Positions 29,601 to 37,780 of a stretch of 64,000 nucleotides of DNA are shown here, piece by piece; positions within the stretch are counted from its first letter, which is position 1, and every line of letters begins with the position of its first letter. The translations under genes and the position numbers were made by a program. The notes below the pieces were generated by a model that ran no database searches, was not told the origin of the DNA, and saw only the letters and a program-made list of their open reading frames with translations. This stretch comes from a virus: positions 1 through 64,000 of IMG/VR virus record IMGVR_UViG_3300032050_000036; one strand, given 5' to 3'.

Positions 29601-30603
29601 TCTTGAAGATGTATTAGCACAACTAAATCCTAAATTAAGAAAGAGCATTCTTGTAGGAGATGAAGTTCCTAAAACAGAATATGCTACAACTCCAAGTTTT
29701 GGACTAAACCGTGCATTAAATGGTGGATTACCGTATGGCAGACAAGTTCTTGTTTGGGGTAGCAAGTCAAGTGCAAAATCATCTTTATGCCTTCAAACAA
29801 TTGCATTAGCACAAAAAGAGGGAAAGGTATGTGCATGGATAGATGCAGAAATGTCATACGACAAAGATTGGGCAGAAAAGTTAGGTGTAGATACTTCAAA
29901 ATTAATTGTTTCACAAGCAAGAACTATTAATGAAATGGTAGATGTTGGAGTAAATCTAATTGAGGCTGGAGTTGACATAATTGTTGTTGACTCAATTACT
30001 TCTTTGCTTCCAGCAATTTATTTTGAAAAAGATTCATCAGAATTAAAGCAATTAGAAAATACAAAACAAATTGGTGCAGAGTCTCGTGACTTCAGCAATG
30101 CTTGGAAAATGCTCAACTATGCAAATAATAAGGTTAAGCCAACATTGTTAATTCTTATTTCTCAATCCAGAAATAACATTAATGCAATGTATACAAGCCA
30201 ACAACCAACTGGTGGTCAGGCTACTAAATTTTATTCATCAACTGTAATAAAACTGTTTTCATCTGAATCAGATAATCAGGCATTGAAAGGAAAAATATAT
30301 GTTGGTGACAAGGCTATTGAAGAAAAGATTGGTAGAAAGATTAGATGGGAACTCCAGTTTTCCAAAACCTCTCCTGCATTTCAGTCTGGCGAGTATGATT
30401 TCTATTTTAGAGGCGATAACTTGGGCATTGATGGGGTCGCTGATCTTGTTGACACTGCTGAACTTGTTGGCATAGTTGAAAGAACTGGCGCATGGTATTT
30501 ACTTCCAGATGGCTCAAAAGTTCAGGGTAGAGAGGGATTTGTTAATCGTGTAAGAGAGGATCTTGATCTACAAAAAATGATTAAGGATAAAATAGGTGAG
30601 TAA
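29590..30603 (+). CDS. recA: RecA-like recombinase
   Basis: LNGGLPYGR, GSKSSAKS Walker A variant, WIDAE, IVVDSI, TGGQATKFYSS, GAWY. Confidence 0.93.
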   Translation: MSVSLEDVLAQLNPKLRKSILVGDEVPKTEYATTPSFGLNRALNGGLPYGRQVLVWGSKSSAKSSLCLQTIALAQKEGKVCAWIDAEMSYDKDWAEKLGVDTSKLIVSQARTINEMVDVGVNLIEAGVDIIVVDSITSLLPAIYFEKDSSELKQLENTKQIGAESRDFSNAWKMLNYANNKVKPTLLILISQSRNNINAMYTSQQPTGGQATKFYSSTVIKLFSSESDNQALKGKIYVGDKAIEEKIGRKIRWELQFSKTSPAFQSGEYDFYFRGDNLGIDGVADLVDTAELVGIVERTGAWYLLPDGSKVQGREGFVNRVREDLDLQKMIKDKIGE

Positions 30604-30772
30604 ATATACCATTTACGAAGGAAAATTTCCTTGTAAAATTTGTAAAGAAGAAGTAAAAACTCTTCGTCTTTATGCAGATACTGGAATGTCTTCTTGGATG
30701 TGTTCTAAAAAACATTTATCTGAAAGTCAATTATTTAAAGTAGGATATAAAAAGGCTAAAAGACATGAGTGA
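30596..30772 (+). CDS. Small zinc-finger protein (58 aa, not in the ORF track)
   Basis: GTG start; MSKYTIYEGKFPCKICK...WMCSKKH; fills the gap and overlaps both neighbours. Confidence 0.7.
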   Translation: MSKYTIYEGKFPCKICKEEVKTLRLYADTGMSSWMCSKKHLSESQLFKVGYKKAKRHE

Positions 30773-31049
30773 AAAAAATGAAAGCAAAAGGATAGGTGCA
30801 AAACAACACAAAAATTCTGGTAGAAATACTCATAAAGGTGACGCCACCTGGAATAACTTTACAGTAGATTTTAAAGAAGTTGGAAAATCATTTACAATCA
30901 ATAAGGACGTATGGGCAAAAGTGGTAACAGATGCTATTAAAAATGGTAATGACCCAGCAATTATTGTTATTATTGGAGATGGAAACAATAAGATTAGATT
31001 GGCTATAACTGAATTTGCTATATTAGAACAACTAGTGGATGGTGTATAA
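30765..31049 (+). CDS. PD-(D/E)XK nuclease, Holliday-junction resolvase-like
   Basis: NSGR..HKGDA...VDFKE motif. Confidence 0.65.
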   Translation: MSEKNESKRIGAKQHKNSGRNTHKGDATWNNFTVDFKEVGKSFTINKDVWAKVVTDAIKNGNDPAIIVIIGDGNNKIRLAITEFAILEQLVDGV

Positions 31050-31056
31050 TAGATAT

Positions 31057-31659
31057 ATGGAAACAATGGAACAAATAGAAAATATTATAGTAGACAATGT
31101 TTTAAGTGATGAAGATATAAAAAATATTTATGATATAGTCAATTCTACAGATTTTGAGACAACTATTGTTCAACGCTCAATGGGGCATAGAGCATATCTC
31201 GTATCTTTGGGAGAAGACATAAGGCTTAAACTTGAAAAAACAATTCAAGATATATATGGACAAGACTGGATCTTAAACGCATATCAGTTTGCAAGATATA
31301 CCACCGAATGGGGATATCAATTAAAACTATATCCACATTTTGATGACGCTTTTGAAGATCATAAACTAACTTTTGATGTTCAAATAAAAGGAACAAAGCC
31401 ATGGCCAATAGTTATAGAAGGAAACCCTATAACATTAAAAAATAATCAGGGATTGGTGTTTTCAGGTACAGATCAAATACACTGGCGTGAGTATTTAGAT
31501 TTTGACAGCAATGATTATTTTGATATGATTTTTTGTCATTTTACTAAAGTAAATGATCCAAGAGGAAAAGTTACCAAAGAGTGGATCGATAAAATGTCAA
31601 TTAAAGAAAAATATTGGAAAGAAAAGTGCAATATTCCTGAAGAGGCCATAGAGTTATGA
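31057..31659 (+). CDS. 2OG-Fe(II) oxygenase (leaderless, inserted in the replication operon)
   Basis: ARY...LYPHFDD...WPIVIE...L.NNQGLVFSG..QIHWR...MIFCHF; TATAAT 6 nt before ATG 31057. Confidence 0.8.
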   Translation: METMEQIENIIVDNVLSDEDIKNIYDIVNSTDFETTIVQRSMGHRAYLVSLGEDIRLKLEKTIQDIYGQDWILNAYQFARYTTEWGYQLKLYPHFDDAFEDHKLTFDVQIKGTKPWPIVIEGNPITLKNNQGLVFSGTDQIHWREYLDFDSNDYFDMIFCHFTKVNDPRGKVTKEWIDKMSIKEKYWKEKCNIPEEAIEL

Positions 31660-31970
31660 ATGATACAGTTTCAAATCAAACAACATTAGAAATGATTAAT
31701 GGTCTTTCAGAAATATCAGATTATATGGAAGATGAAGAACTTACTGTTGCGCTAACTACAATAGCCAAATTAATATTGAAGCCAGATATTCCTATGAATG
31801 TTGCTACATTAGAGATAGTAAGATTACAGGCTATAGCATCAAAAATGTCATTAAGGGCAACTTGGATGGCAAATGTTGACAAGTCTAATAGAAATAAAAA
31901 AAATTTATATTATACAGCAGCAGAATCTATCAATAATCTTGTTTCTGCACTAAAATATATAACTAGATGA
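31656..31970 (+). CDS. Hypothetical helical protein
   Basis: Clean ORF in operon. Confidence 0.6.
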   Translation: MNDTVSNQTTLEMINGLSEISDYMEDEELTVALTTIAKLILKPDIPMNVATLEIVRLQAIASKMSLRATWMANVDKSNRNKKNLYYTAAESINNLVSALKYITR

Positions 31971-32005
31971 TATCTGATATAATTAACTAAAATTAAGGAT
32001 AAAAA

Positions 32006-32869
32006 ATGACAAAAAATTTATTACAGCAAGTTATGATAAAAGATGCAGGTAAAAAGAAAAGTAATTATCCAGAAGAGGATACTAGTTTTATAGAGGGCTT
32101 AATTCAAAAAATAGAGTCTGGATATCTTACAAAAACAAAACCAAGGTTTAGTAAAAAAACAAACTTTTCTGCATCAGCGCTAACATATGGTGCTGGAGAA
32201 TGTCCAAGATATTGGTTCTTGGCTTTTGATGGGCAGGTTCATCATGATAATTCAGATGCATATGGTGTTGCAAACAGAACAAATGGAACGTTAGGCCATG
32301 AAAGAATTCAAGAAGCAATCAAAGACGCTGGCCTTCTTGATGAAACAATGGAGATGGATACAATCCCACGTAAGTATAATAAGCAGACTCATCCAGCAAT
32401 GGAGTTTAGAGTTAAAACAGAAGACCCTCCTTTTGATGGTTACGGCGACGTTATGCTTAACTATAATGGAGAAAGACTAGTTGGTGAAATTAAAACAATT
32501 ACTAACGAAGGATTTGAATATAAAAAGAATAGCAGAAAGCCTAAGATGGGTCATCTTATGCAGTTGCTAATATATATGAAGGTTTGGAAAATTGGTAAAG
32601 GCGTAATGATTTATGAAAATAAAAATAATCATGAGTTATTAACTTTACCTGTAGTAGTAAATGATCATTACCGTCGGTGGGTAGACCAGGCATTTGATTG
32701 GATGAGGGAAGTTTATAAGGCTTGGCAGGAAAGAAATTTGCCACAGAAGCCTTATAGGTCAAACTCTAAAATTTGTAAAGTATGTCCAATTCAAAAAGCA
32801 TGTGCTGAAGCAGAGACAGGGGTAATTAAACTTAGACCTCTGGAGTTGCTAGAAGATGAAAAATTGTAA
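32006..32869 (+). CDS. Cas4-like PD-(D/E)XK exonuclease
   Basis: CPR...GTLGHE...GYGD...GEIKT...QLLIY...CKVCPIQKAC (Fe-S ligands). Confidence 0.85.
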   Translation: MTKNLLQQVMIKDAGKKKSNYPEEDTSFIEGLIQKIESGYLTKTKPRFSKKTNFSASALTYGAGECPRYWFLAFDGQVHHDNSDAYGVANRTNGTLGHERIQEAIKDAGLLDETMEMDTIPRKYNKQTHPAMEFRVKTEDPPFDGYGDVMLNYNGERLVGEIKTITNEGFEYKKNSRKPKMGHLMQLLIYMKVWKIGKGVMIYENKNNHELLTLPVVVNDHYRRWVDQAFDWMREVYKAWQERNLPQKPYRSNSKICKVCPIQKACAEAETGVIKLRPLELLEDEKL

Positions 32870-33143
32870 ATGGTGTGATCATAATTTTGAATCATTAATT
32901 TCTTATCAAATATATTGTTCTGAAAAGTGTAGAGATTCTGCTACTAAAGAAAAAATAGCACAACGATATATACAAACTAGAAGACAGAAAAGAAAAGGAA
33001 AGAATCGTGTTTGTAAGAAATGTAATGAAAAACTTTCTATATACAATGACGATCCATTATGTACAAAATGTAACATTAACCCAAATCAGGTTAAAAGAGC
33101 ATTGAAAGATATAAAAAATAAAACAAATGATAAACGAAAATAA
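32856..33143 (+). CDS. Zinc-finger protein
   Basis: CKWC, YCSEKC, CKKC, CTKC. Confidence 0.65.
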   Translation: MKNCKWCDHNFESLISYQIYCSEKCRDSATKEKIAQRYIQTRRQKRKGKNRVCKKCNEKLSIYNDDPLCTKCNINPNQVKRALKDIKNKTNDKRK

Positions 33144-33714
33144 TTTACCTATTACAATTTGTTCTATTGATGCAAGTACAACTAGTCTTGCATTTGCATT
33201 GTTTAATGCACAAGAAAAAACATTAGGCGTTGTCGGTAAAATAAAATTTGATGGCAAAAATATTTATGAAAAAGTTATGGATGCTGGTAAAAAAACAAAA
33301 GCATTTTTTGATTACTATGGGGGGTTTGAGGCAATTGTAATTGAGCATACAGTGTTTATGAATAGTCCTAAAACTGCTGCAGATCTTGCGTTAGTCCAAG
33401 GAGCCATACTTGGAGCAGCAGGTCAATCAGCAACAACAATAATAGGAAAGGTATCTCCAATTACCTGGCAAAATTATATTGGTAATAAAAAATTAACTAA
33501 AGAAGAGCAGTTAACTATAAGATCTAAAAATCCTGGAAAATCAGATTCTTGGTATAAAACATATGAGCGTAACTTTAGAAAAGAAAGAACAATGAAATTA
33601 ATAGATATTATTTATGACAGAACTATTAATGATAATGATGTTGCAGACGCATGTGGAATAGGTCATTGGGCTGTAAATAATTGGGAAAAGGCTGTTGGAT
33701 TTGACAAGGAGTGA
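33127..33714 (+). CDS. ruvC: RuvC-like Holliday junction resolvase
   Basis: SIDASTTS, IVIEH, DVADACGIG. Confidence 0.8.
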   Translation: MINENNLPITICSIDASTTSLAFALFNAQEKTLGVVGKIKFDGKNIYEKVMDAGKKTKAFFDYYGGFEAIVIEHTVFMNSPKTAADLALVQGAILGAAGQSATTIIGKVSPITWQNYIGNKKLTKEEQLTIRSKNPGKSDSWYKTYERNFRKERTMKLIDIIYDRTINDNDVADACGIGHWAVNNWEKAVGFDKE

Positions 33715-33730
33715 CTATGGGTGCTAAACT
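33701..33730 (+). promoter_or_regulatory. Sigma70-type promoter overlapping the start of the small HTH gene
   Basis: TTGACA-N18-TAAACT with extended TG. Confidence 0.55.
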
Positions 33731-33872
33731 GTATACAAATGAACTATGGCTTAAAAAAAGATATCATATTGATAAAAAATCTCCAGAGGCTATAGCAAAA
33801 GAATGTGGGGTTAGCGTGGAAACTATTTATGTATACCTTGCTAAATTTGGGCTAAGGAAGTCAAAGCGATGA
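33717..33872 (+). CDS. Small HTH protein (51 aa, not in the ORF track)
   Basis: AAGGAG RBS; WLKKRY...SPEAIAKECGVSVETIYVYLAKFGL; ATGA overlap with the next gene. Confidence 0.8.
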   Translation: MGAKLYTNELWLKKRYHIDKKSPEAIAKECGVSVETIYVYLAKFGLRKSKR

Positions 33873-34225
33873 ATCCAGTATTTTCAGATGTCAATAATTT
33901 TAGATGTGATGACTTATACTTGCTTACAGTAGGCACATCTGCTGGCAAAGAGATATATGAATCTTGTCATGAAATTGCACATATGCTTATTAAAAAGAAC
34001 ATAGCATATGGAAATTCTGCATTAGAGCCAGTTCGTATTTTTAGTAGAGCAGACGCAAGAGAACAACTACATGTTCGTATTGACGATAAGTTAAGCAGAA
34101 TAATGAAGGGCACATCGTATGTCGGAGATAATGATATTGATGATCTTATCGGTTATCTTGTTTTATTAAAAATAGCAAAGGCAAAAGAATTAGAAAGAAG
34201 AGAGGCCTATGGTCATGTCGACTGA
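33869..34225 (+). CDS. DUF1599-like all-alpha nucleotide pyrophosphohydrolase (nucleotide-modification associated)
   Basis: KKNIAYGNS...RIDDKLSRI...DDLIGYLVL. Confidence 0.65.
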   Translation: MNPVFSDVNNFRCDDLYLLTVGTSAGKEIYESCHEIAHMLIKKNIAYGNSALEPVRIFSRADAREQLHVRIDDKLSRIMKGTSYVGDNDIDDLIGYLVLLKIAKAKELERREAYGHVD

Positions 34226-34748
34226 AGAAGACTTAGTTAAACATTTGGATGAAATAAACGTCGTAGTTGGAGAATATCTAAAAGGAAATGATCCTACAAA
34301 AATTTCTAAAGATCTTGCAATACCACGCACTCGTGTAGTACAACATATCAATGAGTGGAAAGTTATGGCTTCAGCAAATGATGCAATTCGTGCTCGTGCT
34401 AAAGAGGCCCTTGCAGTTGCAGATACACATTATAATAAATTAATTGCAAAGTCTTACGAGGTGATTGATGAGGCATCATTAACTAATAATCTTGGGGCAA
34501 AGACCCAAGCAATTAAACTAGTTATGGATATTGAGTCTAAGAGAATTGATATGCTACAAAAAGCAGGTTTGCTTGAGAATAAAGAACTTGCAGAAGAGAT
34601 GCTACAAATAGAAAAAAAGCAAGAAGTGCTTATGGCAATTTTAAGGGATATTGCTTCTGAGTACCCACAGATTCGTGATGAGATTATGCGTAGACTTTCT
34701 GATGTTGCCAAAAAGGACGAAGTGATTACAATTGTCCACAATGTTTGA
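34209..34748 (+). CDS. terS: Terminase small subunit
   Basis: N-terminal HTH plus coiled coils directly upstream of TerL. Confidence 0.65.
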   Translation: MVMSTEEDLVKHLDEINVVVGEYLKGNDPTKISKDLAIPRTRVVQHINEWKVMASANDAIRARAKEALAVADTHYNKLIAKSYEVIDEASLTNNLGAKTQAIKLVMDIESKRIDMLQKAGLLENKELAEEMLQIEKKQEVLMAILRDIASEYPQIRDEIMRRLSDVAKKDEVITIVHNV

Positions 34749-36516
34749 TGATTTTTTAGAAGCGCTTGCTGATAATAATTTTGAAGAAACTCCAGTAGAT
34801 GCAAAAACATTTGTAGAGTCTCTAGATTATTTAGGTCAGCCAGGATTATCAGATATTCAATATAATATTGTTGAAGCAATGAGTCAAATATATAGAAAAG
34901 AAGATCTTCAATCAATTATGGGAGAAGAAGAAGGTGCAAGGTACTATGAAAAATATACAAAAAATGAAATCATTTTACAACTTGGCAAAGGTAGCGGTAA
35001 AGATTTCACCTCTACTGTGGCTTGTGCTTATATTGTATACAAACTACTTTGTCTTAAAGACCCTGCAAAGTACTTCGGAAAACCATCTGGAGACGCTATA
35101 GATTTAATTAATGTTGCTATTAATGCACAACAAGCAAAAAATGTTTTCTTTAAAGGCTTTAAATCAAAGATTGAGAGGTCACCTTGGTTTGCTGGTAAGT
35201 ATGAAGCAAAAGTTGACTCTATTAGTTTTGATAAGTCAGTAACTGTTTATTCTGGACACTCAGAACGTGAATCTCATGAGGGTTTAAATCTTTTACTTGC
35301 AGTTCTTGATGAGATCTCTGGGTTTGCATCAGAAGTTGCAACTGGAAATGAACAAGGAAAGACTGCAGATAATATATATAAAGCGTTTCGTGGCTCAGTA
35401 GATTCTAGATTTCCTGATCTTGGAAAGGTAGTTCTTCTTTCATTCCCACGATATAATGGAGACTTTATTTCTGAACGATATGAAGCAGTAATTGCTGACA
35501 AAGAAGTAGTAACAAAGAGCCATAGATTTATTATTAATCCACTATTGCCAGAAGACGATAAGGATAATTGGTTTGAAATTACATGGGATGAAGATCATAT
35601 AAAGTCTTATAAGTATCCTGGAGTATTTGGTTTAAAAAGACCCACATGGGAAGTTAATCCAACTAGAAAGATTGATGATTTTAAGATTGCTTTCATGACA
35701 GATCTTGGCGATGCAATGATGCGTTTTGCTTGTGTCCCTACATATGCCTCTGATGCATTTTTTAAGCAGGCAGACAAAGTAAGAGCCTGTATGAGCATTA
35801 GAAATCCTCTTGATACTTTTAGAAGGTTTGAAGAAAACTTTAAACCAGATCCAGAAAAGATTTATTTTGTTCATGCTGATCTTGCACAAAAGCATGACAA
35901 GTGTGCAGTAGCAATTGCACATGTTGAGAAGTGGGTTAACGTTCAAGTAATTAAAGACTATGAACAGATATCCCCAGTAGTAGTTGTTGACGCTGTAGCA
36001 TGGTGGGAGCCAAAGGTAGAGGGTCCAGTAAATCTGTCTGAGGTAAAGCAATGGATACAAAACCTACGCAGACTTGGATTTAATATAGGTTTAGTAACAT
36101 TTGACAGATGGCAGTCATTTGATATTCAAAATGAATTACAGGCGGTAGGCATGAGAACAGAAACTGTGTCTGTTTCCAAGAAACACTATGAGGATATGGC
36201 TATGCTTGTATATGAAGAAAGACTTGCTATGCCTGCCATCGAACTTTTGTTTGAGGAATTAACAGAACTTAAGATTATGAAAAATGATAAGGTAGATCAC
36301 CCACGTAAAAAATCAAAGGACTTGGCTGATGCTGTGTGTGGCTCTATTTTCGGTGCTATTTCTCATACCCCTAGAGATCAAAACCTTGAAGTTGAAGTTC
36401 ATACATTTAAGGATAAGCCACGCAGAATTGACACGCTTCCTGAGAACGTGATACAATATAAGCCTAGTCAAATAGAAGACATAAAAGACTATTTGGATAG
36501 ACTAAAAACAATATAA
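34732..36516 (+). CDS. terL: Terminase large subunit
   Basis: GKGSGKD Walker A, VLDE Walker B, HADLAQKHD nuclease motif, KVDHP..KSKDLADA. Confidence 0.93.
   Translation: MSTMFDDFLEALADNNFEETPVDAKTFVESLDYLGQPGLSDIQYNIVEAMSQIYRKEDLQSIMGEEEGARYYEKYTKNEIILQLGKGSGKDFTSTVACAYIVYKLLCLKDPAKYFGKPSGDAIDLINVAINAQQAKNVFFKGFKSKIERSPWFAGKYEAKVDSISFDKSVTVYSGHSERESHEGLNLLLAVLDEISGFASEVATGNEQGKTADNIYKAFRGSVDSRFPDLGKVVLLSFPRYNGDFISERYEAVIADKEVVTKSHRFIINPLLPEDDKDNWFEITWDEDHIKSYKYPGVFGLKRPTWEVNPTRKIDDFKIAFMTDLGDAMMRFACVPTYASDAFFKQADKVRACMSIRNPLDTFRRFEENFKPDPEKIYFVHADLAQKHDKCAVAIAHVEKWVNVQVIKDYEQISPVVVVDAVAWWEPKVEGPVNLSEVKQWIQNLRRLGFNIGLVTFDRWQSFDIQNELQAVGMRTETVSVSKKHYEDMAMLVYEERLAMPAIELLFEELTELKIMKNDKVDHPRKKSKDLADAVCGSIFGAISHTPRDQNLEVEVHTFKDKPRRIDTLPENVIQYKPSQIEDIKDYLDRLKTI
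36428..36457 (+). promoter_or_regulatory. Sigma70-type promoter inside the terL 3' end
   Basis: TTGACA-N18-TACAAT with extended TG; points at the 36542 gene. Confidence 0.7.
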
Positions 36517-36541
36517 ATAAAATGAATATACAAGGAGAAAA

Positions 36542-37702
36542 ATGAATTCATTAAAGAAAATCGCTCTAGCCGTGGTTGCAGCCATGACTACCGCAACAAT
36601 CGTGGCTTCGCCTGCAAGCGCAGCCGTAATGACAGTCGCTGTATCACTTGACGGAACTGCTAATACAACAGCATCCGCAATTGCTACACCTGCATCATTG
36701 CCAGTACCAGCAGACAACACAGTTGACGCTGCTGACGCACTCAAGTTTGTTGCAACAGTTGATACAGGAACATCAGTAACTGTAGCAACAACAAATGCAA
36801 CAATTGTTTCTGCATTGCACACATCTGCTGCACCAGTATCTGCATCATCAGGATCTTCATCTTTGACAATTGCAACTGGAACAGGAACAACTGCAACATT
36901 TTGGGTTTATACAAAGACAACTGCAATTGGTACTGTAACAATTACCAATCAGGGAACAACCCTAACATATTATGTACAAGGAACTGCAGGAAAGATTAAC
37001 ACTCTTGCACTTTCTGCTGCTGATGCGGGAACAACTTCAAGCGTTGTAACTGCAACAGTAACAGCAACAGACGTATTTGGTAACAAGGTATCAGGTAAGG
37101 GTCTAACAGCACTTGTTGTTGGTGGAACTCTTGATACAACTACTGCTACAACTGGCGCTACTTTGACTAACTTTGGTCAAGCAGACTTCAAGGTAACACT
37201 GCCAACAACTGGTTCTTCAACCCTTGTTGTATCTGTTACAAACTCATCTGATGTTGCATCTGTTGTAACAGGTTTCAACACAGTAACTTCAAGCGTAGTC
37301 AAGACAATCACAGTTCGTGATCTTCTTGGAGAACTTGCTGCTGAAAAGGCTGCTAAGGATGCTGCTATTGCTGCTAAGGCTGCAGTAGATGCTGCTCTTG
37401 CTAAGGCTGTAGCAGACGCTGCTACTGCTGCTGCTAAGGCTACTGCTGATGCTGTTGCTGCTAAGGCTGCTGCAGATGCTGACAAGGCTGCTGCTGTAAA
37501 GGCAGAAGTCGATAAGGCTGCTGCTGCTGCAAAGGTTGCATCAGATGCAAGCGCTTCTAAGGATGCAGAAATTGCAAAGTTAAAAGCAGACCTTGCTACT
37601 GCAATTAAAGGAATTGCAGATACAAAGAAGATTGCAAATGCTGCAATTGCATTAGCAAACAAGTCATTGCCTAAGAGCAAGAGACTACCTTTGATTAAGT
37701 AA
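36542..37702 (+). CDS. Secreted Thr/Ala/Val-rich surface (S-layer-like) protein with C-terminal Ala/Lys coiled coil
   Basis: Sec signal MNSLKKIALAVVAAMTTATIVASPASA; Ig-like TATDVFGN motif; AAGGAG RBS. Confidence 0.7.
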   Translation: MNSLKKIALAVVAAMTTATIVASPASAAVMTVAVSLDGTANTTASAIATPASLPVPADNTVDAADALKFVATVDTGTSVTVATTNATIVSALHTSAAPVSASSGSSSLTIATGTGTTATFWVYTKTTAIGTVTITNQGTTLTYYVQGTAGKINTLALSAADAGTTSSVVTATVTATDVFGNKVSGKGLTALVVGGTLDTTTATTGATLTNFGQADFKVTLPTTGSSTLVVSVTNSSDVASVVTGFNTVTSSVVKTITVRDLLGELAAEKAAKDAAIAAKAAVDAALAKAVADAATAAAKATADAVAAKAAADADKAAAVKAEVDKAAAAAKVASDASASKDAEIAKLKADLATAIKGIADTKKIANAAIALANKSLPKSKRLPLIK

Positions 37703-37720
37703 TTAATACTTAAAAAGATT

Positions 37721-37751
37721 GGGAGTCAGGAAACTGGCTCCCTTTTCTTTT
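37721..37751 (+). terminator. Intrinsic terminator
   Basis: GGGAGTCAG-gaaa-CTGGCTCCC-TTTTCTTTT. Confidence 0.9.
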
Positions 37752-37780
37752 ATAATAAAATGATATAATCATCTTATTAT

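Noticed and set aside
32006-32869. Cas4-like gene as evidence of a CRISPR system
   Set aside because: No repeat-spacer array or other cas genes seen; solo Cas4-like nucleases are routine in phage recombination modules
23211-36516. Inteins or introns in DnaB, DnaE, RecA or TerL
   Set aside because: Lengths are normal, motifs are contiguous, and no intein splice-junction signatures were seen
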